From assembly GCA_029974275.1 (NCBI GenBank), contig JARKSN010000115.1:1-25623 (forward strand): 25,623 bases of DNA, in the 5' to 3' direction. A program made the position numbers and the translations under genes. The notes under the pieces were generated by a model. The model made no database searches. It was given only the letters and a program-made list of their open reading frames with translations, and was not told the DNA's origin. This DNA comes from Candidatus Hydrogenedentota bacterium. GTDB taxonomy: Bacteria > Hydrogenedentota > Hydrogenedentia > Hydrogenedentales > SLHB01. Below, one piece after another: positions 1-12,634 of this stretch; positions within the stretch are counted from its first letter, which is position 1, and every line of letters begins with the position of its first letter.

Positions 1-126
1 TCCCCACCCACCCCAACAAACAACTCCACCAACTCCTCCCCGACCACTGGAAACGAGACATCCTCCCAAACCTCGACGCCCCGCTCCGCATCTAACCCCC
101 GCCTCCCGCCTGCAAGCACACGCCCT
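1..126. other. C/A-rich, G-poor low-complexity terminal stretch, probably a low-quality contig end
   Basis: The first ~40 nt contain no G (tccccacccaccccaacaaacaactccacc...), unlike the balanced high-GC composition of the rest of the window. Confidence 0.6.
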
Positions 127-2451
127 TCACCGGACGGTTACGTCCTTTGCGGCGACGATTGCGCCATAGGCCGCGTGCTCCCCAGCGACCAGGCTCTTCC
201 ACGCGCCATCTTTTTCGGCCCAGATCTGGGGCTGGGCGGCGCCGTGTGTGAAAAACTCCGGGTGCATCTTGGCGTTGGGCCGCATCGGCTCGCTGGTCTC
301 GTTGATGAACGCCAACGCGACTTCGAGTTTGTCCGAACCGGGCGCGAGGGTCATCGTGCGTTCCAGCGCGGCGCCCGAGGGCAATTGGGCGCGTATTGTC
401 AGGGAGTGGGCGTCCTTGGCCACGATTGTGTATGTATCCGCGGCCGGATGCTCGGGGACGCCCGGGGTGTTGACCCAGTCCTGCCAGGCGCCGCCGCCGA
501 CTCCATAGCGTTCGTAGCCGCGAAGCAGTTCGACGCCCAGTTTTTTGTCGCGCCACCGCAGCATGCTGCCATTCAGTCCCGGAGCGACCCACACGAGGTA
601 GCGTTCGTTCTCGATTTTTTCCAGCGTTGACTCGGCGTAGCGATCGGGCCGCTTGCCTTGAATGGTCTCGAGCCACAGTTCGACCGGCGAGAAGTCCATG
701 ATGGTCTTCATGCCGTGACGGCGCAGCAGCGCCAGATAGTCGTCCACGTCCAGCGAGGGCGGACGCTCGACGGTGATGCGGTTGTCCGCGACCGTAATTC
801 GAGGAGGACAGTTGAAGGCGGCGTATTCCACCGTGGTGTTCAACGTCTCGAGGCGGGTGCGGACCTCGTCCGAATGCACTGCGGCAAATGCCTCGACAAA
901 GAGGGCGCGCGCCTTTTCGACCGTGTCGTAGTCGTACCAGTCGCCGTGGTCAAAGCATCCCATGAACTGGCCGCCGTCGGACTGTTGACGTTTGGCAAGC
1001 AGTTGGATGTACTGCTTCACCTGCGGGGCGGCCTCCTGGTAGTACAGGCCGATCCACTCGTTCATGACGGCATCGAAATCGATGTCCAGATTCCACATGA
1101 GCTTGCTGAGCAGGTAGGCTCGCAGCGGCGCGAACTCGGCCGCCCTGTCGTACGCCCCCTGCGGAAACATGCCCTTGACCTTGTGCGCGGCAAGGAACTG
1201 CATGTTGGGTTGGATGACGTGAAAATTCGGGATCGGCGACTGGAAATTGTAGAAATTGGTCAAATAATCCCACACGTGCAGGCGCGGGGCCACCTTGGAC
1301 CACGTATCGATATCTTCCGCGAAACGGCGATTGGAAACCGATTTCGGGTCGCTGAACGGCCGCGAGAAGTCGCACTCGATGCTGCACAGCTTGATGATGA
1401 CGTTGTTGCGCGGCGTGATGGTCTTCGGGGGTTTGCGCGTATAGGTGTAGGCCAGCGTTTCGATGCGGTGCTCGGGATGGCTCGCCGCCAGGCGATCGGC
1501 CACCTTGTTCAGGCCCCACAGGACCGATCCCATGTGGCTGCCTTCGCGCTCGTCAATCTCCGCGCAGGTCGGACATTCGCACCAGTTGCCCCAATCCATC
1601 TGGCTGATGTGGTGAACCGTGTTGTCTGGATTGGCCGCGATGTTCTGTTCGATGCGGTCATAGAGGATATCCAGCACCTCCGGATGGGTCATGCAGATCT
1701 GGCCTTGTTGTCCGGGATGATCGCGGTGGTTGCTGTGGTCGCGCCAGTCGTAGGTCGGCGCGATCCGCTTGCCGTTGACCAGCGAGTAGTACTCGGGATG
1801 CTCCGCAAAGTACACCTCCGGCGGCACGTAACTGTAAGAGGTATGGCAACTGAAACTCGGCCCCGGAAGCCACCGGTGAACCTGCCGATAGTACGCGACG
1901 GCCTCCCGGTCGTCTTCCCTGCTGAAATACGTGGAGTAGCGGAACTCGAAATGCGGCTCGTGCCGGTAGTCGATAGCCGGAAGCGCCGTCGGCGCGGCCG
2001 GTATATGCGTGACGCCGGGAGCCAGCCATCGCACGCCTAGGTAGTCTTCTATGAACTGGTACACGGCATATAATGTGCCGTTCTGCGGGCCGCCTGCGAG
2101 AATAAGCTTGGGCGCACCGTCCTGGGTCAGGCTTTTGAGATAGATTTCCTGCGGCCCGAAGCGATCCGGATCGACGCCTTGCGGCCACGCGCCGGCGGGG
2201 ACGGCCTTGGCCCCGACCCAGATGGCCGGACCCTCTTGGGGGGCGGTCAGGATCTCGGGACGATGGCCGGTGACCTCGCCCCAGTAGCGCTGCAATTCTT
2301 CGGCAGCGAGTTTGTCCGAAGCCGGTGCGTCGGCGGCGACGACCAGCATGAAAGCGGGAAGCTGTGCTTGGGTCACTTTACTGTCCTCTGCCGCGTTCGC
2401 GGCCATGCCGGTTGCCAATGCCACACACGTCAACAATAGCGGTTTATACAT
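127..2451 (-). CDS. Secreted DUF4838-family glycoside hydrolase-like protein (774 aa; true C-terminus may lie further left)
   Basis: Signal peptide MYKPLLLTCVALATGMAANA; N-terminal GH20/GH67-N-like domain (AAEELQRY...GTLYAVYQFIEDYLGVRW); DUF4838-typical motifs FAEHPEYYSL, QICMTHP, CECPTC, TLAYTYT, LRAYLLSKLMWN. Confidence 0.8.
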   Translation of the reverse strand: MYKPLLLTCVALATGMAANAAEDSKVTQAQLPAFMLVVAADAPASDKLAAEELQRYWGEVTGHRPEILTAPQEGPAIWVGAKAVPAGAWPQGVDPDRFGPQEIYLKSLTQDGAPKLILAGGPQNGTLYAVYQFIEDYLGVRWLAPGVTHIPAAPTALPAIDYRHEPHFEFRYSTYFSREDDREAVAYYRQVHRWLPGPSFSCHTSYSYVPPEVYFAEHPEYYSLVNGKRIAPTYDWRDHSNHRDHPGQQGQICMTHPEVLDILYDRIEQNIAANPDNTVHHISQMDWGNWCECPTCAEIDEREGSHMGSVLWGLNKVADRLAASHPEHRIETLAYTYTRKPPKTITPRNNVIIKLCSIECDFSRPFSDPKSVSNRRFAEDIDTWSKVAPRLHVWDYLTNFYNFQSPIPNFHVIQPNMQFLAAHKVKGMFPQGAYDRAAEFAPLRAYLLSKLMWNLDIDFDAVMNEWIGLYYQEAAPQVKQYIQLLAKRQQSDGGQFMGCFDHGDWYDYDTVEKARALFVEAFAAVHSDEVRTRLETLNTTVEYAAFNCPPRITVADNRITVERPPSLDVDDYLALLRRHGMKTIMDFSPVELWLETIQGKRPDRYAESTLEKIENERYLVWVAPGLNGSMLRWRDKKLGVELLRGYERYGVGGGAWQDWVNTPGVPEHPAADTYTIVAKDAHSLTIRAQLPSGAALERTMTLAPGSDKLEVALAFINETSEPMRPNAKMHPEFFTHGAAQPQIWAEKDGAWKSLVAGEHAAYGAIVAAKDVTVR

Positions 2452-2489
2452 GTCCTTGCATCCTGTTTCTTCACCGAAGTCGATGGTGG

Positions 2490-2518
2490 ATTATGTACAC
2501 GTCTTCCCGAGGATGCAA
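2490..2518 (-). promoter_or_regulatory. Putative sigma70-type promoter for the DUF4838 gene
   Basis: Minus strand TTGCAT (2518-2513), 17 nt spacer, CATAAT (2495-2490), ~40 nt upstream of the ATG. Confidence 0.45.
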
Positions 2519-2692
2519 ACGGGGGATATGGCGCGGTTATCCCCCAATCGTTGGACCCTTCAGTTGATTGATTCTAGGATAATCGAGTACATCTCTATCA
2601 AGACTCGGATGAGATTATTGGATGCGGGTATGCGGCGCAGAGGGCGTCATGTCCCGAGGAGTGTAGAGCGCACGAATAGGGGAGGAGCCACA

Positions 2693-4192
2693 ATGGCGAA
2701 CAGGGTGTGGACAGCGATGCATGTGGCGGCGGGTTTGCTGATAGCCGTCGCCGCGACGGCGGACGCGTTTTCGGGTCTCGGGCTAAATGGCCTTGCCACG
2801 TTGCAGGACGGCCGCACGATGCGCGCGTCGTCGTGCGCCGAGAAAGATTGGCCGACCAACAACGCCGATGCGCGCCCCATTGAACCGGGACAGACGTTGG
2901 TCTTGGCCGATCTGAAGGGTCCAGGCGAGATTCGGCATATCTGGAACACCATCGCGATGGATCGCGAGGGGCCTCTCTACTCGAAAATGCTGGTTTTGCG
3001 GATGTATTGGGATGGCGAGACGAATCCTTCGGTCGAGTGTCCCATCGGCGATTTCTTTGGGATTGGCCATGGCGCGTGGGTTCCGTACGACAGCCTGCCG
3101 ATTCGGGTTACATCGGACGGACGGGGGCGCAACTGCTATTGGCCGATGCCGTTCGCGAAATCGGCGAAGATCACGGTGACGAACGAGGCGCGTCAGCGAT
3201 GTGATGCGTTCTATTACTACATCGACTGGCAAAAATTGCCTAAGCTCAGCAAGAAGACGGGCTATTTCCACGCGGTGTATCGCCAAGAATATCCGGCGAC
3301 GATGGGCAAAAATTATCTCATCGCCGATCTTCAGGGCAGGGGACAATATGTGGGCACGGTTCTGAATTGGCGTTCGCGCATGCCGAGTTGGCCGGGCGAA
3401 GGCGATGATTTTTTCTACATCGACGGCGAGCAGGAACCGAGTTTGCGCGGCACCGGCACGGAGGATTATTTCTGCGACGGATGGGGCTTCCGCAAGCAGG
3501 CGGGCATTTTCTACGGCGCGCCGCTGTCGGAATGGGGCGAGACAAACGGAAAAACTTCCGTCTATCGATGGCATATCGCCGATCCCGTGACGTTCGCGAA
3601 ATCGTTGCGCGTCGAGATCGAGCACAAGGGACCGGTCTTTGACGAGTACGGAAAAATGACGAGCCATTACGACGAGCGTCCGGATGATTATTCTTCGGTG
3701 GCGTTCTGGTATCAGAAAGAGCCCCACAAGCCCTTCGATCCGATGCCGGCGGGCTATGCGCGTCAATACTTTGATCCGCAACAGGCCATCGAGGGCGAGT
3801 CGCTGATCGCCGAGGCGTCTGCCACGGCGGGGGCCATCGTGAAGCAGGACCTTCCCATGATGAGCGGCGGGGCCCAGTTGCTTTGGGCCCCGGAGGCGCC
3901 GGGCCAGAGCGTGTCGGTTTCGGTTGCCGTTGTGGAAAAGGGGAGCTACGACCTTTTTGTCAGGCTAGGGCAAGCGCCGGACTATGGCGCTTGGCAGATT
4001 GAGGTGGATGGCAAAGCCGTGGGCGGCATTGTGGATTTGTATCAAGCGAACGCATCGATACGCGAAGTCTGTTTGGCGAATCTTCATCTTGAGGCGGGCG
4101 CTCATAGCGTGACGTTCGTGAACAAGGACAAGAACAAGGAGTCCAAGGGGTTTCTGCTAGGACTCGATGCCATGGTTTTCGCCGCTCGCTGA
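2693..4192 (+). CDS. GH172 / DUF2961 glycoside hydrolase with signal peptide and C-terminal CBM-like beta-sandwich (499 aa)
   Basis: Start moved from 2312 to ATG 2693 (GGAGGA at 2681-2686, signal peptide follows). DUF2961 motifs LRMYWDGETNPSVECPIGDFFG, GEGDDFFYIDGE, GTGTEDYF, YRWHIADPVTF, DDYSSVAFWYQ. Confidence 0.88.
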   Translation: MANRVWTAMHVAAGLLIAVAATADAFSGLGLNGLATLQDGRTMRASSCAEKDWPTNNADARPIEPGQTLVLADLKGPGEIRHIWNTIAMDREGPLYSKMLVLRMYWDGETNPSVECPIGDFFGIGHGAWVPYDSLPIRVTSDGRGRNCYWPMPFAKSAKITVTNEARQRCDAFYYYIDWQKLPKLSKKTGYFHAVYRQEYPATMGKNYLIADLQGRGQYVGTVLNWRSRMPSWPGEGDDFFYIDGEQEPSLRGTGTEDYFCDGWGFRKQAGIFYGAPLSEWGETNGKTSVYRWHIADPVTFAKSLRVEIEHKGPVFDEYGKMTSHYDERPDDYSSVAFWYQKEPHKPFDPMPAGYARQYFDPQQAIEGESLIAEASATAGAIVKQDLPMMSGGAQLLWAPEAPGQSVSVSVAVVEKGSYDLFVRLGQAPDYGAWQIEVDGKAVGGIVDLYQANASIREVCLANLHLEAGAHSVTFVNKDKNKESKGFLLGLDAMVFAAR

Positions 4193-4228
4193 GAGGACGC
4201 GAAAGACGTTCGCGAGCGACCGTGTTGA

Positions 4229-7420
<3,192 letters not shown>

Positions 7421-7439
7421 GCGGTCCGGTTTACTCCAA

Positions 7440-7468
7440 TGGACAAGAAGGGCGCGGTCAGGTAGCAT
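7440..7468 (+). promoter_or_regulatory. Putative sigma70-type promoter for the aldo/keto reductase
   Basis: TGGACA (7440-7445), 17 nt spacer, TAGCAT (7463-7468); palindrome AGCATATGCT overlaps the -10. Confidence 0.4.
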
Positions 7469-7572
7469 ATGCTGGCCGGCGTTTCGCGTTCTTGCGAGTG
7501 GGTGAAGCGGCTTTGGGATCGTCTGATGGCGGCAAGCCTTGGCGCCGTTTCCAGCGATCCGGGAGAGATTTT

Positions 7573-8685
7573 ATGCATATGCGCCTGTTTGGAAAGCGTT
7601 CCGGATTCGATGTGCCCCGCGTCAACATCGGCGCCATGCGCCTGCCCGCGGATGAGGACGAGGCGATCGCGCTTATTCGGCACGCCATCGACCGGGGCAT
7701 GCGCTACATCGATACGAGCCGCGGCTATGGCGATTCGGAGATCAAGGTGGGCAAGGCGTTGAAGGACGGATATCGCGAGAAGGTCATTCTTTCAACAAAG
7801 TGGGCTCCGTGGGTTGTCAAAATCGAAGAAGGCGACGACGCTTCCGCGGACTGCGTGCGGCGGCGCATCGAGGAATCGATGCGGCGGCTCGATGTCGATC
7901 GCCTTGATTTTTACCAGGTGTGGAACATCATGTCTCGCGAAGCCTATGATCAGGCTGTCGCCAGGGGCGGCATGGTTGAGGGCATTCAGAAGGCCATGTC
8001 GGAGGGATTGGTCGGGCACACCGGCTTTACGACGCATGACACGCCGGAGAATTTGAGGACGTATTTCGCCGAGGCCGACTGGGCGGAGATCGTGCTTATC
8101 TCGTACAACATGCTCTATCAGGATTATGCCGTCGCGCTCGCCGAAGCTCACCGACAGGGCATTGGAACCATTGTCATGAATCCCGTGGGCGGCGGCAAGC
8201 TCACCGAGCCTAGCAAGGTGCTGCTCCGCCTCGCCGACGGCGTCGGCGCGGAAACCGTGCCCGAGCTTGCCATCCGGTACATCCTGTCAAATGCATCGGT
8301 CGATACGATCGTCGCGGGGATATCGAAGCAGTCGGACGTGGACGGAGCCATCGCCGCCGCCGAGCGCGAGGGTTTCAGCGAAGACGAAAAAGAGCGCATC
8401 GATGCCTTTTTGCAGCTTGTCAGCATCGAGAACACCGGTTTTTGCACGCGATGCGGCTACTGCATGCCGTGTTCGCAGGGCGTCGACATTCCATCCGTGA
8501 TGAGTTGCATTTATGATGATCGCTTCTGGGGCTTGACCGAAGCCGCGAAGCAGCGCTACGCGCACATCAAAGGCAACGCGGGGCTATGCACGCAGTGTGG
8601 CCAATGCCTCTCGAAGTGCACGCAGCGCCTCCCCATCGCCACGGAAATGGAATATGCCCGCAAACAGTTTGGCGCGACATCCTGA
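7573..8685 (+). CDS. Aldo/keto reductase with C-terminal 4Fe-4S ferredoxin-like domain (370 aa)
   Basis: Start ATG 7573 (GGGAG upstream). GAMRLP, YIDTSRGYGDSE, LSTK, SMRRLDVDRLDFY; Cys motifs CTRCGYCMPC and CTQCGQCLSKC. Confidence 0.92.
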   Translation: MHMRLFGKRSGFDVPRVNIGAMRLPADEDEAIALIRHAIDRGMRYIDTSRGYGDSEIKVGKALKDGYREKVILSTKWAPWVVKIEEGDDASADCVRRRIEESMRRLDVDRLDFYQVWNIMSREAYDQAVARGGMVEGIQKAMSEGLVGHTGFTTHDTPENLRTYFAEADWAEIVLISYNMLYQDYAVALAEAHRQGIGTIVMNPVGGGKLTEPSKVLLRLADGVGAETVPELAIRYILSNASVDTIVAGISKQSDVDGAIAAAEREGFSEDEKERIDAFLQLVSIENTGFCTRCGYCMPCSQGVDIPSVMSCIYDDRFWGLTEAAKQRYAHIKGNAGLCTQCGQCLSKCTQRLPIATEMEYARKQFGATS

Positions 8686-8705
8686 CCGCTTTCCTTATCA
8701 TGGAA

Positions 8706-8725
8706 CCGCCGCGTCGGCGGATTTT
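8706..8725 (+). terminator. Possible weak intrinsic terminator after the reductase
   Basis: CCGCCG-cgt-CGGCGG stem followed by ATTTT; the loop and U tract are both short. Confidence 0.3.
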
Positions 8726-8793
8726 CGGTCGCGGGTAGGGCATGGCGTTGCTTGCGTGAAACGCAGAGGATGTCGCTGCGATAGGAGGAGTGC

Positions 8794-10041
8794 ATGAAGG
8801 TTGGCATGGTGTGCGCCGCCGTGGCGTCGGCGGCGTTTTTTTTCGGGACGGCGTTTGCCCAAAGCGAAGAGGGCCCGCCGCCCCTTCCGGCGTTTCCGTT
8901 GATTGGTTTATGGGGACCGCCCGCCACGGAAGACGATTTTGCGATGTACCGGGATGCGCATTTCAACATTGTGCCGGTCACGTGGGGGAGCGGTTTCGAC
9001 GAGGCGGCGAGGCTTGCCCGGCGTCTGAGGATGCCGGTGATGGCTTCAAACCCGACGCTGGCGGGCGGAACGCCGGAAGCGTGGGCGGCGACTTTCGCGC
9101 AGCATGACCATATCGTGGGGCTGCATCTTGCGGATCGCCTGCGGATCGAGGAGCTTCCGCGCACGGTCGAGTTGATCAAGGAATACCGGAAACTCGACGC
9201 GAAGCGATTCATCCTGATCACGCTGCCGCCGCGCGATCAGCAGTCGCGCTGGGGCGAGATGATCGCGCAGCTCACGCAGGCCGGCATTCCGTTGCTGTGC
9301 TACTCGCGGCCCGCGTTTTTCGAAGATGGCGCGACCGACGAAAACGGCTATCTGCAAGACCTAGAACTGACGCGGCGTATCGCGGCGCAAGTCAAGCTGC
9401 CATTTTGGGGGATCGTGTACGCCACGAAGCACGAACGGTACCGGCGCGCGGCGGAAAGCGATCTGCGGTTTCAGGCGTACGCGAATCTCGCGGCGGGCGC
9501 GCGTGGATTGTGCTACTTCACGTACTGGGGGCCAGGGCCCAAGGATGTGGACGCAGGGGGCGTGTTCGCCTCATGGGGCATGCCGATGGTGGACCCTGCG
9601 ACGCGAGAGCCGCAATATGGCTACGAAAAGGCCGCAGAGCTCAATCGCGAGATACTGACTCTCGCGCCGATCCTGCTGGGGTTGACCAGCGCGGGCGTCT
9701 ACTATGCAGGCCAAATGCCCGAAGGCGGAAAACCCATCGATGCCGCGGCATCGCCCCTTGTTTCCGTGACCGCAGAAAAGGCGATGATTGGGCTGTTTTC
9801 CGGGAAACGGGGCGAGTCATGGGCGCTGATCGTGAACCGGCGCTACGGCAAGCAGCGGAGCGCTTTCACGCAGAGCAGCGTCATTCAAGCGACGGTCGCT
9901 CCATCCGTCCGCCGCGTCGTCGAAATCGACCGCGTCAGCGCTTGCGAGACGGACGTTCCCCTTTCCGGCGGACAATTTCTCGCCACCATTCCAGGCGGCA
10001 CCGGAGGCCTTTTCCGGTTTGACGGCGAGTCGCTTCATTGA
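8794..10041 (+). CDS. Secreted hypothetical protein, glycoside hydrolase-like TIM barrel plus beta domain (415 aa)
   Basis: Strong SD AGGAGGAG; signal peptide ending TAFA-Q; GH42-like C-terminal barrel motif DLRFQAYANLAAGARGLCYFTYW. Confidence 0.7.
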   Translation: MKVGMVCAAVASAAFFFGTAFAQSEEGPPPLPAFPLIGLWGPPATEDDFAMYRDAHFNIVPVTWGSGFDEAARLARRLRMPVMASNPTLAGGTPEAWAATFAQHDHIVGLHLADRLRIEELPRTVELIKEYRKLDAKRFILITLPPRDQQSRWGEMIAQLTQAGIPLLCYSRPAFFEDGATDENGYLQDLELTRRIAAQVKLPFWGIVYATKHERYRRAAESDLRFQAYANLAAGARGLCYFTYWGPGPKDVDAGGVFASWGMPMVDPATREPQYGYEKAAELNREILTLAPILLGLTSAGVYYAGQMPEGGKPIDAAASPLVSVTAEKAMIGLFSGKRGESWALIVNRRYGKQRSAFTQSSVIQATVAPSVRRVVEIDRVSACETDVPLSGGQFLATIPGGTGGLFRFDGESLH

Positions 10042-10066
10042 CTGCCCCACCGCGCTTTGGTAGCAT
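10038..10066 (+). promoter_or_regulatory. Putative sigma70-type promoter with extended -10 for the nucleotide-sugar dehydrogenase
   Basis: TTGACT (10038-10043), 17 nt spacer, TGg-TAGCAT (10061-10066). Confidence 0.6.
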
Positions 10067-10147
10067 GCCGACTTTCGAGATGTCTACATGAATGCGCCGC
10101 TCGCGTGAGCCGATGCGCGGATATCCGCATACAGCAGGAGAACAAAG

Positions 10148-11416
10148 GTGCGCGTTTGCGTAATCGGAATGGGATACGTGGGGCTGCCCCTTGCGGTCGA
10201 ATTCGCGAAGTCGGGACTGCGCGTCACCGGGATCGACGTCTGCGAAGAGAAGGTGCAACAGATCAACGCCGGCTCCTCCTACATCCTCGACGTGTCCGAT
10301 GCCGATCTACAGCCGCTTATTGAGAAAGGGCTGCTCGACGCCACCGCCGATTTTTCGGTTCTGCGCGAGGCCGACGCGGTGTGCATCTGCGTGCCGACGC
10401 CGCTTACCAAGACGAAGGACCCCGACATTTCCTATATCGTATCGGCCGTGTCGCAAGTGCAGCGGCATCTTCATCGCGGCATGCTCGTGATTCTCGAAAG
10501 CACGACCTATCCCGGCACGACGGATGAGCTACTGCTGCCGGAATTGGAGAAATCGGGCTTGACCGTAGGGCAGGATTTCTTCCTCGCTTTTTCGCCCGAG
10601 CGCGTGGACCCGGGCAATCCCACGTTCAACACGCGGAACACGCCCAAGGTGGTCGGCGGCATGACGCCCGAGTGCACGCGCCGCGCCATGGACCTCTACC
10701 AACACGCGGTGGATACACTCGTGCCGGTTTCCAGTCCGCGCGTGGCCGAGATGGTGAAGCTTCTCGAAAACACGTTCCGGGCCGTCAACATCGGCCTGGT
10801 CAACGAACTGGCGATCATGTGCGAACACCTCAACGTTGACGTGTGGGAAGTGGTCGAGGCCGCCAAGACCAAACCGTTCGGTTTCATGCCTTTTTATCCC
10901 GGCCCCGGCTTGGGCGGCCATTGCATTCCGATCGACCCGCTATACCTGCTGTGGAAACTCCGGGCCGTCGATTACACCGCGCGGTTTATCGAGGTGGCCA
11001 CGGCCATCAACTCCGGCATGCCGCGCCACGTCGTGGCCAAACTTTCCGAAGCCCTCAATGCCGATCACAAGAGCGTCAACGGCAGCAAAATCCTGTTCTT
11101 GGGCGTGGCCTACAAAAAGAATATCGGCGATGTCCGCGCTTCGCCGGCGCTGGAAGTGATCGATCTGGTGATGAAGAAGGGCGGCGACATTTATTATGCC
11201 GATCCTTTTGTGCCGTCCATCGAAATCGGCGGGCGCGTTTTTCATTCGACCGACGTGACCTGCGGGGTTGCGGCGTTCGATTGCGTCGTCATCTTGACGC
11301 CGCACGACGATTTCGATCTGCCCCGCATTCTGCGCACGGCGCGCTTGGTGTACGACACGCGCAACGCCACCGCCGGAATCGAAGTGCCGCCCACGTGCCG
11401 GCGGGTTCTGCTGTAA
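10148..11416 (+). CDS. wbpA: UDP-N-acetyl-D-hexosamine 6-dehydrogenase (WbpA/WecC family)
   Basis: GTG start with AGGAG SD; GMGYVG Rossmann motif, CVPTP, LESTTYPGTT, FSPERVDPGN, KLLENTFR, GPGLGGHCIPIDP (catalytic Cys), GVAYK. GlcNAc versus ManNAc/GalNAc specificity cannot be resolved by eye. Confidence 0.92.
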   Translation: MRVCVIGMGYVGLPLAVEFAKSGLRVTGIDVCEEKVQQINAGSSYILDVSDADLQPLIEKGLLDATADFSVLREADAVCICVPTPLTKTKDPDISYIVSAVSQVQRHLHRGMLVILESTTYPGTTDELLLPELEKSGLTVGQDFFLAFSPERVDPGNPTFNTRNTPKVVGGMTPECTRRAMDLYQHAVDTLVPVSSPRVAEMVKLLENTFRAVNIGLVNELAIMCEHLNVDVWEVVEAAKTKPFGFMPFYPGPGLGGHCIPIDPLYLLWKLRAVDYTARFIEVATAINSGMPRHVVAKLSEALNADHKSVNGSKILFLGVAYKKNIGDVRASPALEVIDLVMKKGGDIYYADPFVPSIEIGGRVFHSTDVTCGVAAFDCVVILTPHDDFDLPRILRTARLVYDTRNATAGIEVPPTCRRVLL

Positions 11417-11433
11417 CGCCGGAACCGGCTAAG

Positions 11434-12537
11434 CTACACGAGCCTTAGGAGCTGTTCGGCGACGTAGTCCCGTTGCGCCTCGGCGAGTTCGGGGTAGATC
11501 GGCAGCGCCAGCGTTTCGCGCGCCGCTTTTTCGGCTTCCGGAAACGCTCCCGCCGCATAGCGAAGGTAGGCAAAACACTCCTGGCGATGCAGCGGAACCG
11601 GATAGTAAATCTCGCACCCCACGCCGGCGTCTTGCAGCCCCTTCAACACCGCGTCCCGATTCGGCACGCGCACCACGTACTGATTGTAGATCATGTAATT
11701 GCCCGGCGAAACGATGGGGGTGACAATGTCCGGACGCGCCGCAAAACGTTCATCGTAATAGCGCGCATTGGCGCGGCGCGCCTCGTGCCATTGCGGCAAG
11801 TGCTTCAATTTCACCCGCAACACCGCCGCTTGCAGCGCATCCAGTCGGAAGTTCCCGCCGATGAGCGCATGATAATATTTCGGGTGCGAACCGTGAACGC
11901 GCAATATCTTGAGCTTCTCATACAGGACCGCGTCCGACGCGGTCACAAGGCCCCCATCTCCCGCCCCGCCCAGGTTTTTCGAAGGGAAAAAGGAAAAACA
12001 GCCGACGGTCCCCATCGTGCCGGCATTCCGTTCATGGTAACGCGCTCCGATCGCCTGGGCGGCATCCTCGACAACGGCCACGCCGTGGCGCCCGGCGATT
12101 TCCAGGAGGGGGTTCATATCCGCGCATTGTCCATACAAGTGAACCGGCATGATCGCGCGGGTCCTTGCCGTGATCGCGGACTCCAAGGCGCGCACGTCGA
12201 TGTTGTAGGTGGCCGGGTCGATATCGACGAACACCGGCGCGGCTCCCACGCGCGCAATCGCGCCGGCGGTCGCGAAAAAGGTGTACGGAGACGTGATCAC
12301 CTCGTCGCCGGGCCCCACCCCGAGCGCCATCAACGCCAGCAGCAACGCGTCCGATCCGGACGAAACGCCCAACGCATGCGAAGCGCCCAAGTAGGCGGCA
12401 ATGTCCTCTTCGAATTCAGCGACCGCAGGGCCGAGAATGAATTGCTGCGCATCGAAAAGCTGTTCGACGGCCGACATGATTTCCGGTTTCATGCCGGCGT
12501 ATTGGGCGCGGAGATCCAAAAGCGGGACGTTGATCAT
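11434..12537 (-). CDS. DegT/DnrJ/EryC1/StrS PLP-dependent sugar aminotransferase (WbpE-like)
   Basis: [47 protein letters not shown] (PLP lysine), [19 protein letters not shown]. Confidence 0.95.
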   Translation of the reverse strand: MINVPLLDLRAQYAGMKPEIMSAVEQLFDAQQFILGPAVAEFEEDIAAYLGASHALGVSSGSDALLLALMALGVGPGDEVITSPYTFFATAGAIARVGAAPVFVDIDPATYNIDVRALESAITARTRAIMPVHLYGQCADMNPLLEIAGRHGVAVVEDAAQAIGARYHERNAGTMGTVGCFSFFPSKNLGGAGDGGLVTASDAVLYEKLKILRVHGSHPKYYHALIGGNFRLDALQAAVLRVKLKHLPQWHEARRANARYYDERFAARPDIVTPIVSPGNYMIYNQYVVRVPNRDAVLKGLQDAGVGCEIYYPVPLHRQECFAYLRYAAGAFPEAEKAARETLALPIYPELAEAQRDYVAEQLLRLV

Positions 12538-12634
12538 GCTGCCTCCTCATCGCTGTCGCGGTCGAAAGCGCCGGCGCGGACGCATCGGCGCAAGAATGCG
12601 CGCGGATTGCGCGCCGGGACATGGCTTTGCCTCG

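Noticed and set aside
2456..2518. TTGCATCCT/AGGATGCAA inverted repeat as an SD-sequestering hairpin
   Set aside because: The upstream arm coincides with the predicted -35, so it would not be transcribed.
2312..2692. N-terminal extensions given by the ORF track (also 4238, 7252, 17058, 20786)
   Set aside because: They overlap neighbouring genes or promoters; downstream starts have SD sites, coupling overlaps or signal peptides.
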